Assembly: GCF_001194135.2 (NCBI RefSeq)
Contig: NC_068984.1
Coordinates: 12,993,081-13,057,080, forward strand
DNA from: Octopus bimaculoides
Taxonomy: Eukaryota
Direction of reading: 5' to 3'
DNA length: 64,000 nt
Shown: positions 38,289 to 52,340 of the stretch, piece after piece
How positions within the stretch are numbered: the first letter of the stretch is position 1
Layout: each line of letters starts with the position of its first letter
Position numbers and translations under genes: made by a program
The notes under the pieces: model-generated
Told to the model about the DNA's origin: nothing
Databases searched by the model: none
The model's input: the letters and a program-made list of their open reading frames with translations, nothing else

Positions 38289-38878
38289 ATAACTGGAGCA
38301 GAAATCAGGTGACACATGGAAACGATTATATTAATATAAACAGAAAGACGACTATGAACAAGAGAGGGAAACAGAGAGAGAGAGAGAGAGATGGCATGTT
38401 TGATTGAAAGCGACACACACATATATACATACATACTTACATATACATATGTATGTATATATGTGTGTGTGTGTATGTGTTAGTTTGTGTGTGTGTATAT
38501 AAAGCACGAATTGGTGCTTTTAGGGTGGATCTAGAAATGGCGTCGATCTTTGATTGGTTTGTTTTAAATTATTACCTTGGGCCGACTAAATCGTTATCAT
38601 TTGACTTTTTGTTAGGTGTGTCTACAGACAAATCGATAGTTTATTGGAATGGTTTGTGTGTTGATATTTTGACTTCGAAATTTAAAATCCGAAATCTACA
38701 GATTTTTTTTGAATTTTACCCACATTGCATCACATATAGAATGGACAGATTTTGTCTTGTGTATCAGATGAAAAAACGAAGATGTCCCAAATATGGTCTT
38801 AAGGTCATATTCCCTCATTTATGCATCATTGGTTGACTATACAATTACGTGTGTTCATATATACGTATACATACATGA

Positions 38879-39130
38879 GTGGAGGCGCATACATGTGTGG
38901 TTAGGGCAGCGAGCACGCGGTCGTAGGATGGCAGTTTCGATTCCCAGACCGGGCGTTGTGAGTGTTTATTGAGCGAAAACACCTAAAGCTCCACGAGGCT
39001 CTGGCGTGGGGTGTTGGCGAACCCTGCTGTACGCTTCCACCACAACTTTCTCTCACTCTTTCTTCCTGTTTCTATTGTACCAGTATTTCAAAGGGCCAGC
39101 CTTGTCGCACTCTGTGTCACAGTGAATCTC
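38879..39130 (+). mobile_element. SINE family B, 5' two-thirds
   Basis: Matches 12199-12460 (GAGCGAAAACACCTAAAGCTCCACGAGG and neighbouring sequence). Confidence 0.9.
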
Positions 39131-39189
39131 CCTGTTCCTCTCCATTTGGAGGTCTGGACCGAACCAGTCCCCGAGCAAATTAACCGATC

Positions 39190-39234
<45 letters not shown>

Positions 39235-39707
39235 GTAAATACATAGATGGGGAGATAGATAGATAGAAGGATAGATAGGTGGACAGATAGATAAATAGAT
39301 AGATAGATAGATGAACAGATGGATAGATAGATAGTGAGAAAGATTTGTAAGGATGTGAAAAAAGTAGCGGCATGGAGATAGTCCTAGCAGATGGGTGTCT
39401 TACATTATTTCTGATCAACCGTTTATTCAAAGTCAACGCCATTTTACCTAGCTTTCAACTGAGAAGCATTCATTTCAACAGAGTTGTCTGAACGGCAAGA
39501 CAAGGCTATTTATTTGATTGGGAGTCGGCCATTGTTACGAAACAACCATCTTCTATAACAGATTTTCCTTCTAAATTTCTTCTCTACTCTACTCAGCCAC
39601 ATTCAATTTGTTAAATATTTCAGACAATCGTTCTGTCACTCACTGTCTCTGATAATGATGATGATGATGATGATATCAACAACAACGGAAAAATAATTTC
39701 TATTGCA

Positions 39708-39753
<46 letters not shown>

Positions 39754-39870
39754 GTGATAATGATGATTATAATAATAATCATGGTGATAATAATGGCGAT
39801 GTGGTTGATGATGATGATGATTATAGTAATGAAGATTATTCTAATAATGATAATGATAATGATGACGCTG
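39190..39870. repeat. (GATA)n and (CTA/TGA)n microsatellites
   Basis: Visible at 39190-39330 and 39650-39870. Confidence 0.9.
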
Positions 39871-42117
39871 CTGCTGATGCAGGAACAATTTCACCCTACT
39901 CATTAACACACGCAATCTTGATGCACACTACCATCATATCTTATATCCTTTGTTTCGACAATCGAGTCTTCCTCCTCCCCCTCCTCCTACTCCTCCTTTT
40001 CTATAATTTCTTTTAATTCTACCTCAGCACAATTTTCTTTCATTTTTAATCATCTGTTTCTTCTTTTCATCCTCACGCATCTCTCTTCTAATTTTACTTG
40101 TCTTTTCAGTTTTCAGTCAGATACACATCCAGGCTGCATTTCACATCTTCCCAGCACATCCCCTCTCGATTCTCCTTTAATATCCTGTTTGCATTTACAT
40201 ACATATATACCTACGTACATATCAGGTCATCCCATAAGTTCTGTCCGAATTTTGAATAAAGAAAACAAGTGATCAAATGCGCACATACACACATATATCT
40301 AAGCAGAATTATCAGAGAAATGAAAACAGGTCTAAGTTTATTTAATTGGAAAACAAATACAAAATAGAACGGTGTAATAGTTTTAACTTTACAGCTGTTT
40401 CGGATGAACCATTATAAGTACCTTAGCAACATTTATTATATAGAAATAAAGCTCTAAATTGTCGTTGGTGTATGAAACAACACGAATTTGTAGAGACTTG
40501 TGAATCAAAGTCGTTTTATCCGCTTGTATAACCGACTTCTTATACAACAACCAACTGCCCTGGATATAGTGGTTTGAATTTAAATTCTAATTAATCTTAA
40601 TATTACATGGTAATTATCTACACCTCATTTTGGCGTCCTCTACGATACATATGCGTAAATATATATNNNNNNNNNNNNNNNNNNNNNNNNNNNNNNNNNN
40701 NNNNNNNNNNNNNNNNNNNNNNNNNNNNNNNNNNNNNNNNNNNNNNNNNNNNNNNNNNNNNNNNNNNNNNNNNNNNNNNNNNNNNNNNNNNNNNNNNNNN
40801 NNNNNNNNNNNNNNNNNNNNNNNNNNNNNNNNNNNNNNNNNNNNNNNNNNNNNNNNNNNNNNNNNNNNNNNNNNNNNNNNNNNNNNNNNNNNNNNNNNNN
40901 NNNNNNNNNNNNNNNNNNNNNNNNNNNNNNNNNNNNNNNNNNNNNNNNNNNNNNNNNNNNNNNNNNNNNNNNNNNNNNNNNNNNNNNNNNNNNNNNNNNN
41001 NNNNNNNNNNNNNNNNNNNNNNNNNNNNNNNNNNNNNNNNNNNNNNNNNNNNNNNNNNNNNNNNNNNNNNNNNNNNNNNNNNNNNNNNNNNNNNNNNNNN
41101 NNNNNNNNNNNNNNNNNNNNNNNNNNNNNNNNNNNNNNNNNNNNNNNNNNNNNNNNNNNNNNNNNNNNNNNNNNNNNNNNNNNNNNNNNNNNNNNNNNNN
41201 NNNNNNNNNNNNNNNNNNNNNNNNNNNNNNNNNNNNNNNNNNNNNNNNNNNNNNNNNNNNNNNNNNNNNNNNNNNNNNNNNNNNNNNNNNNNNNNNNNNN
41301 NNNNNNNNNNNNNNNNNNNNNNNNNNNNNNNNNNNNNNNNNNNNNNNNNNNNNNNNNNNNNNNNNNNNNNNNNNNNNNNNNNNNNNNNNNNNNNNNNNNN
41401 NNNNNNNNNNNNNNNNNNNNNNNNNNNNNNNNNNNNNNNNNNNNNNNNNNNNNNNNNNNNNNNNNNNNNNNNNNNNNNNNNNNNNNNNNNNNNNNNNNNN
41501 NNNNNNNNNNNNNNNNNNNNNNNNNNNNNNNNNNNNNNNNNNNNNNNACACACACACACACACACACACACATACACACACACACACACACACACGCACA
41601 CACACACACACATATATATATGTATATATATATGTAAATACATAATCAATCTCTATACTTCTCAATTCCACATATACTTTCCTCGTTGGAATTTCTACAC
41701 CCATGTTCATCCGTATTTTTCACAAAGCCGTTCGTTATCAGAATCAATCAATTGACAATATCAATAAGAAAATTCTTCCTTTGTTGGGAAATCTAATTGT
41801 TGTATTGTCGTTATCCTATCTTTCATAAGTACATATGATTCTATGTAGATACATGCCCAGTTATCTATTTATGCTTTCAATGCTATTACCCCTATGGGCA
41901 TATATTAATAAAAATATTTGCGCGCGCGCGTGTATATATATACACACACGTATATATATATGATTGCAGATATACATCCACACACATATATGCATATATA
42001 TATATCCACACGATATGCATAACATATATACAATTCAGACACACACTTATATGTTATACACATATGTACCTAAGTCTGAGTATGATGTATGTGCGTGTGT
42101 ATGTGTGTGTGTGCGTA

Positions 42118-42161
<44 letters not shown>

Positions 42162-42700
42162 CTTGTTTGTATGTATATTTTGCTTGTATTTTTCAAATTT
42201 CATCGTACTGCAGAAAAATTCTGAATCTAACCCTGAAACAAATCTCTTTCTTCGGAATTTATTCAATAACAACTTCGTAACGGCGTATGTATGTATGTAT
42301 GTATGTATGCATGTATGTATGTATGTATGTATGTATGTATGTATGTATGTATGCATGTTTGTATGTATGTATATGGATGTATATGTACGTGCGTATGTAT
42401 GTATACGTATATGCATAGCTGGATATAAGTTGTAAATATGTGTGCATATATGTATTATGCAATTGAATATTTCTTCTGCACACTTATGCAAGTGTGCAAT
42501 GTTACTGAATGTGCGGTTCTGTAGGTTTTAAATATGTCTGCAAAATATCTGGCCCTGCGTCCAACTCACAAAGCAAGTCTTCTTCTTCTTCTTCTTCTTC
42601 TTCTTCTTCTTCTTCTTCTTTTTCTTCTTCTTCTTCTTCTTCTTCTCCTCCTCCTCCCCTCCTCCTCCTCCTCATCATCATCATCGTCATTATTATTATT

Positions 42701-44343
42701 GTCTTTGTACACCTTCTAACGCTGGAGATGTACTACGGTGCCAGCTGTTCACTACCAGTGAACTAAGGTAACAGCCCTTTTTTTTTCGAGCACCATCCGG
42801 TGTATTCGAATCGGTTCCAAACAGTGCTGTTTTCTGCAAGCGCTCCACCCTTATTGCAGCTCCTATTTGTTCCATGTACTTCTCCCAAGCTAACCTCTCA
42901 TATCTATCGACTTCTTTTTCTTCCTTATGGCACACCTTGTCAGCTGGGCATGCTATATCTATGATTTAGCATCGTTTGCTTTCTTTCTCAATCAACACTA
43001 TGTCTGGTTTCCTATTCTCTGTCTCATGGTCGCACTGAATTATAAAATCCCATAGGATCTTTGCATTATCATTTTCGATCATGCCTTTCGAATTTATGTT
43101 CGTACCAATTTTTTGCTTTATCAAGTCTATACTTGTTGCAAAGTATCCAATGGACAATTCTTGCTATATTGTCATGATATCTCTTATATTCTTTCTGGAG
43201 TTGTGGCGTACATTGGCTGGTAATATGCCATACGGTTTCACCGTTTTGCCCACAAATTCTGCACTTATCACTTTCTGATGTGTTGTCTATTCTGTATTCG
43301 ATGTAACTGATTCTTAATGTTTACTCTTTGGCAGCAGCACAGATTAGCACCTTCGTTTCCGGTTTTAAATCAATTTTAGTCATCCATAGCCATCTTTTTT
43401 CTCTGTCTGTCTTACCTTCTACATCCCTATGAAATTGTCCATGCATTCTTTTCTTTATCCACATATTTTCAGTTTCATTCATTCTCAAGTGCTTGTACAG
43501 TGTTTTATCTTTGCCATCTTTCAACCTACACAAGCCTATGGTTCTGTGGCATTTTTACATACCATGCTATGTTGTTGTCTTCTGCTCCTATGCTGTGTTC
43601 GCATCCAATCAGTCCTCTTCTCTTTTTCTTGGTACATACAGTCTGTCTGGCACTTTTTGGGTGGAGTATCCCATATCTAGTCAGCAACTTCCTTGTCTTT
43701 CTGTCTAAGTTGTTTAGTTTGTCTACTGTCCATGCAATTTCGACTTAGGGATCAGTCTCAGTCTGCGCAAGTACTCCACCGTAATTTTTATCGGTCATTT
43801 CTTTCTCCATCATTTTATCTATTTCCAATATCCCCAAGTACTCTTCTCTCTGCTTCATAACCTCTCTCGATGGTATCGCTAACCCGTTCATACATTTGAT
43901 TTTGCCTCTCTTCAAGTCTAACACACCACACTTTGTCAGTCCGAACTCCATTCTGATATCAGCACTGAAAGTATACACCGTATAAACGAGGGAACTGACT
44001 TGTCAGTATCCCCTAAGATGAAAACCATTTTCGTCTACGGGTTTGCTCTGGCAGTAACACTCCACGACCACAGCATTGACTTGTTTGTTCCATCTACGTC
44101 GTCTGTGATGGTCTCTTGCTGGTTAACGACAGTTGGACCAGTATCTTTGAGCCTGCCGGGTGCAACACTCATCATTAAGGACTTCAGTTTCATTACCACC
44201 GTTATTCACAATATTTTGTCTTTTCATTGTCACTCCTATGAGGTAATGATTATCATATTGCGCAATTGCCAGTTTTTTATTGTGACACCATCACTAGATG
44301 TATAATCAATGAGAGCATAGGAAGATTCCAACCGCTTCCTTTC
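42701..44343 (-). mobile_element. R4/Dong-like RLE non-LTR retrotransposon, internally deleted, decayed
   Basis: N-terminus RRRWNKQVNAVVVECY..SKP....RGY, then directly FSADIRMEFGLTKC (late RT), MHGQF, WLWM...LKPET, and AKILWDFIIQCDH..ENRKPDIVLIEK (PD..D-type RLE). (ATT)n on both flanks. Confidence 0.85.
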
Positions 44344-45198
44344 ATTATTATAGTTATCATCACTGATATTATTATTTTCATTTTTTTTACTAGTTGTCAC
44401 TATTAATATTTCCTCTGATCCAAAATGAATTTTGGCTAGATTATTATCATTATTATCATTATTATAATTATCACTATTATTACCATCATTATTATATTTC
44501 CCATTTATTATTAACAGATATTATTAAATTTTGTTTAGTTCCAATTTTTGTCTTGTTCTTGAGATAATCATAAATATGTGAGGGTTTAAGGGAATATTAG
44601 GGGCAAGAGAAACAACTTTGTGAATAGATTAAATTCAACAGGTCTGTAAATAGATTATTTTTATTATTACTATTAGAATTTATGTGTGAACTTAAGTAGT
44701 GTTATGTGTGAATACTTAAATATGCATAGAATTTTGTGCACTCTTGTAAATATCAGTTTGCATTACTACATAATACTACTTGACTGAATGCATATTAAAG
44801 TATTTAGATTTTACGCACTCCTCTATATACCAAATGCATATCATGTATCCTTATAAAACAAACACGTATATTGATTATAATATGTATAAGAAAATCAATA
44901 TATGTTTATTAGTCTGAACATATTCATATATGCATGCATGTAACTAATCCTAATTTTCTTACTCTCACATGTATATATATATACATATGCGGCAGCTATT
45001 CATGTGATTATTCAGTTATATAAACACAAGAAAATTTACATATTTGCATGTCTGAATTGCATAAATGAAAATTGTAACACAAACAAACATCTTACGCAAA
45101 GCAAACACCTACCTACCCACAGCACACATATGTATACATGTACTTATGTATATTTATTCATGTATGAATGTGTGTGTGTATATGTATATATATATATG

Positions 45199-45236
<38 letters not shown>

Positions 45237-46198
45237 CGTGTGTTTCGCTATGTCTATGTGTATATGCAATTAGATTTATAAAACGATAGAAAAGACAGAA
45301 AATAAATGTACTCAATACGTGGAACATGATTTATTCATTTAATTGTCTTGTTTCCTACTCTGCTTTTCCAATTTACTTTCTTCACTCAAAATATCCGTAT
45401 ATTCAGTATGCATTCATGTAGGTAAGAATTTGTGAGTGCGCGCGTATATATATATATGTATATATATGTATATATGTAGAAGGTTGAAAAGGATATAATT
45501 ATATATATCTATATATATANNNNNNNNNNNNNNNNNNNNNNNNNNNNNNNNNNNNNNNNNNNNNNNNNNNNNNNNNNNNNNNNNNNNNNNNNNNNNNNNN
45601 NNNNNNNNNNNNNNNNNNNNNNNNNNNNNNNNNNNNNNNNNNNNNNNNNNNNNNNNNNNNNNNNNNNNNNNNNNNNNNNNNNNNNNNNNNNNNNNNNNNN
45701 NNNNNNNNNNNNNNNNNNNNNNNNNNNNNNNNNNNNNNNNNNNNNNNNNNNNNNNNNNNNNNNNNNNNNNNNNNNNNNNNNNNNNNNNNNNNNNNNNNNN
45801 NNNNNNNNNNNNNNNNNNNNNNNNNNNNNNNNNNNNNNNNNNNNNNNNNNNNNNNNNNNNNNNNNNNNNNNNNNNNNNNNNNNNNNNNNNNNNNNNNNNN
45901 NNNNNNNNNNNNNNNNNNNNNNNNNNNNNNNNNNNNNNNNNNNNNNNNNNNNNNNNNNNNNNNNNNNNNNNNNNNNNNNNNNNNNNNNNNNNNNNNNNNN
46001 NNNNNNNNNNNNNNNNNNNNNNNNNNNNNNNNNNNNNNNNNNNNNNNNNNNNNNNNNNNNNNNNNNNNNNNNNNNNNNNNNNNNNNNNNNNNNNNNNNNN
46101 NNNNNNNNNNNNNNNNNNNNNNNNNNNNNNNNNNNNNNNNNNNNNNNNNNNNNNNNNNNNNNNNNNNNNNNNNNNNNNNNNNNNNNNNNNNNNNNNNN

Positions 46199-46238
<40 letters not shown>

Positions 46239-46289
46239 ATCAATCCTTTATAAATACGAAAAAGATGCATGCTGTAAAGAATTAGAGAT

Positions 46290-47470
46290 ATAATATGATT
46301 TTGGGAAGTTATGGCCGATCATAGAGTAACCATTTGTTTCGCACCTCTAAAGCGTTTGGCAGTTTTGGTGACTCGTGAGACGCAAATAGGTGGAGGCGCA
46401 TCACCTATGCAAGCGGAAGATAACACCTGTCGCATTAGCTTCGAGACCACCAGACCACCTGGTTTCAATCTTACTGGATCTCTTCGGTGGTGAGAATTCG
46501 TTTGTCAGACAGGGCAGTTATTTCACCTCGCTTGCAATATGTAGAAACCGTATGCACTCACCATCATGTCATCATAGTGCTGGCCACTTTCCAAGCCATA
46601 CCGCCCTTAATAAGATCACAAATAATGGCCTAGGCATCACAGGCTTCCCTTCACAGCTTGAGCCAGGTCGGGGGCGGCTATACAGAGAGGACAGTAAAAT
46701 GTCGGACGGTATGATAATTTTCCCGTTCCGTGGCGGTAGGCCCCTCAACTGAGATTCCACATGCAGTGACACTTTCTCTAGCGGCAAGTTGGTTTTGTCA
46801 GCTATCAGCTCAGGTCTGCTGCTCGTCAGACTGAGAAAACAAACTCTCTTCTCCAGCCTACTGGATACAGTCACCGAGATCTGCGAGAAGAGATATGCGG
46901 TTGTAGCTAGGAACACTGCGGAGGGTATACAGTAACTTTGGCATGGCGAAGCAGTTCTTTAAGAGGAACAGCGTTGCGTGGGTCTTCAGTTTGTCAGTCA
47001 ATCGCCTTCAGATTGTCTGTCAATCTTTCAAGCTGGAAGATCTTAGAGCTGAGGGTGGAACGAATGGCAGGCAGAAGGATCGGCGAACCAAGCATAAGGA
47101 CGTCCTTCTTTGAAGTCACCTGTACTTGGTGAAGTAATGAACGTACGCCCAGGACGTAGGCCGAAAAGTGTTGACATACACGACTTCCAACTTCAACGAG
47201 TTCATCGCGAGGCCGATCGTTGCTACAGCGGAGACCACTGATCGGAGATCGTGGAAGACACTTTCTGCTGGCCCAACTATCATTGTATCGTCCAGGTCCC
47301 AGGTGTTGAAAGTAGTCGTGATGCTCCGAGCAATGCTCTCTACCCCAAGAGCAAATATGAAGGTGCCCAATGAATCGCCCTATTGAACGTCGGTCGAAGT
47401 TGGTATGACCTTATCTGCGCTAAGGAACATACTCAGAGCCCTAGTGGCATATTCAGTTTCATCGTACACC
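46290..47470 (-). mobile_element. CRE-clade non-LTR retrotransposon RT fragment, decayed
   Basis: VQ*GDSLGTFIFALG (about 47345-47389) and FNTWDLDD..IVG...IGLAMNSLKLE resemble the CRE-type motifs QQGDPLGPLLF, FN.WYLDD and IGL.LN..KCE; downstream LPPRNG resembles LP...GG. Confidence 0.7.
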
Positions 47471-47790
47471 TTGTTTTCCTTTTATTCTTTCGTTTCATAT
47501 ATCTATGCCATCATGTATCTTTCTTTCTCTCTATCTCTCTTTTCCCTATCTATCTATCAATCACACGCACACAAACACACATACACACACACACACACAC
47601 GTGTATATACAAGTTTTCTTTTTACTGCATAAATGTGAAATCAATGCACTTTNNNNNNNNNNNNNNNNNNNNNNNNNNNNNNNNNNNNNNNNNNNNNNNN
47701 NNNNNNNNNNNNNNNNNNNNNNNNNNNNNNNNNNNNNNNNNNNNNNNNNNNNNNNNNNNNNNNNNNNNNNNNNNNNNNNNNNNNNNNNNN

Positions 47791-47830
<40 letters not shown>

Positions 47831-48681
47831 TATATACAAGTTTTCTTTTTACTGCATAAATGTGAAATCAATGCACTTTAAAGTGTACATGGTGGTTTCC
47901 GAAAACGTATTGCATTTCAGTGACTGAGTTTAATGCCTTCACGGACAACAGCCGACATACCAGCACATTATAGCCTTAATTATGATTGTAGCCGAAACTG
48001 CGACAAAAGACGTAAATCTGGAATGTTCACTGCATTGTTTATCTATGCAAGGAAGTAAGGAGAAGTTCCTGTTTAACGTTTATGTTAACTTCGGTTTTTA
48101 ATGATGAGTTCAGTTCGTCCCATGAAACCTTGATAAACTACATAAAGTCAAAATTACTTTTTCTTTATGGCGTTCGCTATCAGTATGGAATACAATTTTT
48201 CTCTAACATTTAATTCTATGAAGTGGTGTAAATAGGCTTGCATTCATATTTGGAATAGGTAACGCTGTTCTATAACATTTTTTTTTATCTCTGTAATGCT
48301 TTTTTTTAGTACTTAGAATACACCTAATGGGAAATGAAGATTGTGTTGCAAAGCTAATACCTTTGCTTAAAAAGACTGTTTATGTAATTGATTCGCTTAA
48401 CCCTTTTCCTGTTCAAAGCATTTTTATTAGTTTGTCCTCAACGTTTATGTTTGCTATAAAACTTAGCCCTTTTTTATACGTGATATGGTGCTTTCCCTTC
48501 TTAAGTCTCAAGCTGCTCTGGTGGTCGAAACATTTGTGAATGTGTATCATATATGATATATTGATGCTAGGGAAATATGGTCCTGTGTATGACAGGTAAT
48601 AGAGTAGGCAAGCAAAGGATGAAATAAAAGAACAACCACAGCGATGAATTAGATGATTGTTTGCTGGTTTCCTCTGATCAG

Positions 48682-48753
48682 GTGTATCGGTTTTGTTTCC
48701 AAGAGATGAAGACAAGAAGTAGTATTGTTAATTCCCAGAAGCAATATAGAGCG
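48682..48753 (+). CDS. Candidate 72-nt phase 0-0 exon (VYRFCFQEMKTRSSIVNSQKQYRA); product unknown
   Basis: Acceptor GGTTTCCTCTGATCAG, donor GCG|GTAAGA, open frame. Confidence 0.3.
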
Positions 48754-48974
48754 GTAAGAAGCGAAATAGTTTTAAAAGGGTTTCAAAATCTTGACGACAT
48801 ATTCACTTAACTTTGCTTCTGTTACCCCTTTTTATGCTACTAATAATAATGCAATGCTCAAACACGCATTGTGTGGTTCTGAAATACGATTTCAGTCACG
48901 AATTGTGACAAAATATATTCAAAACAAAGTGAACAATCAGGTTAGCGTGATCACGTGATGGAACAAGCTATCGG

Positions 48975-49185
48975 GCGTAGTTATGCATCACTGGTCACAA
49001 TACGCTTCGAATTGATTTAGCTTTGAATGACGCCGCTCACTCGTCCGTTGTAGGGTTAGACGTTTACAGGCGAGAAGACTGGAGCAACGGGAAATGAAGT
49101 GTTTTGCTCGAGAACTGGGAATCGAAATCACGACCCCAGGATCGTGAACGCAACATGCCAAACCACAAGGCCACTCAGCTTCATG
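48975..49185 (-). mobile_element. Diverged tRNA-headed SINE (family D)
   Basis: Minus strand GAGTGGCCTTGTGGTTTGGCATG...GTGATTTCGATTCCCAG..GAGCAAAACACTTCATTTCCCGTTGCTCC; a related fragment lies at about 3160-3260 on +. Confidence 0.65.
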
Positions 49186-50310
49186 CACAAATATTTACTT
49201 TTAATCTACGATGTATGATACGGATTTGAGTAAAGGTCTGCCACAGCTGCGATGCATAGTTTTAATAAGAAACTTAACTTCCATGCTGATAATTTCAGTT
49301 TGATAACAAGCGGTTGATTAAACATTTTCGAAGAAACAAACACTTTGAAAGAAGCCACTTACTTTATCGAGATTCACTTGAATTTGATAGCATTCCTGTT
49401 GTCAAAGAATCATTAAAAATTGTACAAAAACAAAATTCATTGGAACATGCTATCACCTCACTTAAAATTGGTATTCTGCAACATAGTATTACAAGACTTT
49501 CTGGATAATGTTGGTTATGCAAACATAGACACAACTGCACAACTGAAGTTGGAGCAAAAACATGATAATAACAGACACAAATGTAAGAAGGTCACTTATA
49601 ACGGATGATAGAAGAAAAGATGATTTTTAAAGAACACTTTGGTTAATGCTACAATGAACCCCATTTGCTAACTTGGGTGTAATATAATAGCTTTGGCAGA
49701 ATTTTTATAATACGAATAAAAACTTACCTACTTAGCTAATTCTGTAAATCAAAGTTATTTCCTAAAGAATTTTATTATTTACCATATTTCATATAAATAT
49801 ATCTGAAATTAGAGACATCTCATAATAATTCTTAAGCATTTTTAAAGCATTTAAAATGTTTTTTTTAGATACATTCAAAGTTAATGAAAGCAATTGGGAG
49901 ATTTTCAAAATTGCTCCAACAAGCAAATTTCCTTGAAAATACTTTATTTGTCTTAAAGAATGGAATTAGGTTCGTAGAAAATGAAGTCGGGAATATACTG
50001 TCATAATCCTATAATTGCTATTTCTAATGTTTGGGATACCCTGCATTTGGGAAGAAATGACAAAAGATTGAGTACCTATTCCAGCTATAACGACTCTCTG
50101 ATAAGAACCCAAATATATACACATCAAGTGAATGTTTTGCATCACGCACACAGACACCCATCGACAGACATGCACACACACATACACAGAAACACAAACA
50201 CACATGTATATATGTACACCTGTGTGTGAGTGTGCGCATGTGTATATATATACACACACATGTAGGAAAATCGATCATTTATATTGGCCATACTCCTTAG
50301 ACTTATTGAA

Positions 50311-50610
50311 GGCACATGGCTCAGTGGTTAGAGCGTCGGGCTCACAGTCATGAGGTACTGAGTTCGATTTCCGGACCGGGCTGTGTGTTGTGTTTTTGAG
50401 CAAAACACTTTATTTCACTCAGCTGTAGAAATGGCAGTAAACTGCATTGATCGTTTGCCTTTCCCTAGAATAACATCAGTGGCGTGGAGAGAGAAGTCTG
50501 GTATGCATGGACAACTACCAATCTGGTATAAACAATCTTCCCTGGACTTGAGCCTCGGTTGTGTGTGTGTGGGGGAACTTTCAAGGTGCAATCACATGGT
50601 CATCCATTTA
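50311..50610 (+). mobile_element. tRNA-headed SINE (family E)
   Basis: GGCACATGGCTCAGTGGTTAGAGCG (A box), GAGTTCGATTTCC (B box), then TTGAGCAAAACACTTTATTTCAC, a CORE-like segment shared with family D. Confidence 0.75.
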
Positions 50611-52159
50611 ACTTTTGCTCCTTAATCTTAAAAAAAAACCGAATTACTTTTAGTACTCAAAGATAATTTAGGCCGATAATTCGAGTTAGTTAATCACCAC
50701 AAGCGTCTTGCTTCTGGGTAGTCTTAGAGCTAAAAGAACACCATTTTAAAAGTGTTCTTTTTATGCTTTGTCTTATATTGAATAGTTCTTGTTATTTAAA
50801 CATTTAATTCACATCATCAAAGAATTTAGAATTTTGTCCACTACTGTTCAGCTCGCAGAATTATAATTGTCTTTGAATCGTTGATGCCTTGCACACGTTT
50901 TTGCTGAGTACATTCAGCCAACTGATGAAGACATCTTTTATGCTTTAGCTTTTTATAATTAAACCTATATGCTAATATTAAAGAGATATTCTTTTTTCGT
51001 TTTTTAAATTAATAAATATAATTTTTTTTTTTTTTTGTAAAAAATTTCGGTTATATTTTCAAAAATTATTAAATATAAATTGAATGTGTATTTAGTTTCA
51101 TATTTTTTAGATGATTTTGATCAATATATTTATACTCATTAAATTTAAGAAGTTAGTTTTATAAGATCTTAAGCCATACAGAAATCAATGTGGCTTACGT
51201 ATTTTCAACAGAAGAATCTTCAATTACAGTTTTGGAAGAAATTTATTGCTGAGCCAATTTACCAGAAATTCGTGGCTTCTGTATTTCTTTCTTGATGTTA
51301 CAATGCCAGATTCATATTTATATCATATGGCTTGTACCTTTCTCTTTTCTCTTTTTACTTCTATTTTTTCTTCTTGACGAAAGGTAACTCTCCGAAGCGT
51401 TGAAAATTCTTTGTTTCTTCCATACAACATAAAATAAATTACATTGTGCTCCTGTTTCATTCTATGCATTTTGCTTGATGTTCGTTTTTATGTTTCTGAA
51501 ATCTCGCATATTAAATTCAGGTGCTACCCATTTATTTGCCGAAACATCACCTTGTTTACTACTAACTAGCAATTAGTGAAAAAAATTTGTTCATTTATAT
51601 TTGTTGCTGAAAATAAATCAATATTTGTAGTTGTAACTAGCAATGAAATTTTACTGAAAATCGATACAAATATTTCTTCGATTTTGGGTTAAAAATTAAC
51701 TCACTATAAAACGAAGAATAAAAATGCAATTTTTTTCGCCCGACATAAAATAATGTTACAAATAATTTTAGTTTATAAAGTGTTGATTTTTACACGAGGG
51801 ATATCGACATTTCTGTTCCATCATGACCATCATGCCACCTCTTTTGATTTATCTTTGCACGGACGAGAGAGAAAAAGAGAGAGAGAGAGAGAGAGATAGA
51901 GAGACATAAATGGAAGCGGGAGTTGAAGAGAGAGGGAGAGAAAGAAAGTGAAGCCAGGTTTTTCATGTTGAAATACAAATTTAAAAGGTAAATAATATGT
52001 AACGCTGTTATTTTGTCCCATTGTATCACTGACCTATGATCAAAATCATTCCAAGCCATAGGCTTCCTGTGTGTTTGTTTTGCAGACATAGTGGAGTCTG
52101 GGCCAAGTTATCCACGCCATCCATTTTAGATGTAGCTTGAAAGATGGTGGTTACAAGAA

Positions 52160-52340
52160 TCATGAGTTCATCGGACAAAATGCTTAGCGGGATTTCTTCC
52201 GTCTCTTTACTTCATGAGCTCAAGTACTACCGAGGTTAACTGAGCCGTTCACCCCTTCGGGGTCGGTAAGATAAGGTATCAAACAAATATTGGGGACCAT
52301 GTAATCGACTTGGCACATCCCCTCAAAATTGCTGGACTTG
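52160..52340 (+). mobile_element. Old SINE family C copy
   Basis: AAAATGCTTAGCGGGATTTCTTCCGTC...CCCTTCGGGGTCGGTAAGATAAGGTATC. Confidence 0.6.

Noticed and set aside
47590-47878. Identical sequence of about 60 bp on both sides of the N gap at 47653-47790
   Set aside because: Typical unmerged contig overlap at a (CA)n tract; treated as an assembly artefact, not a duplication.
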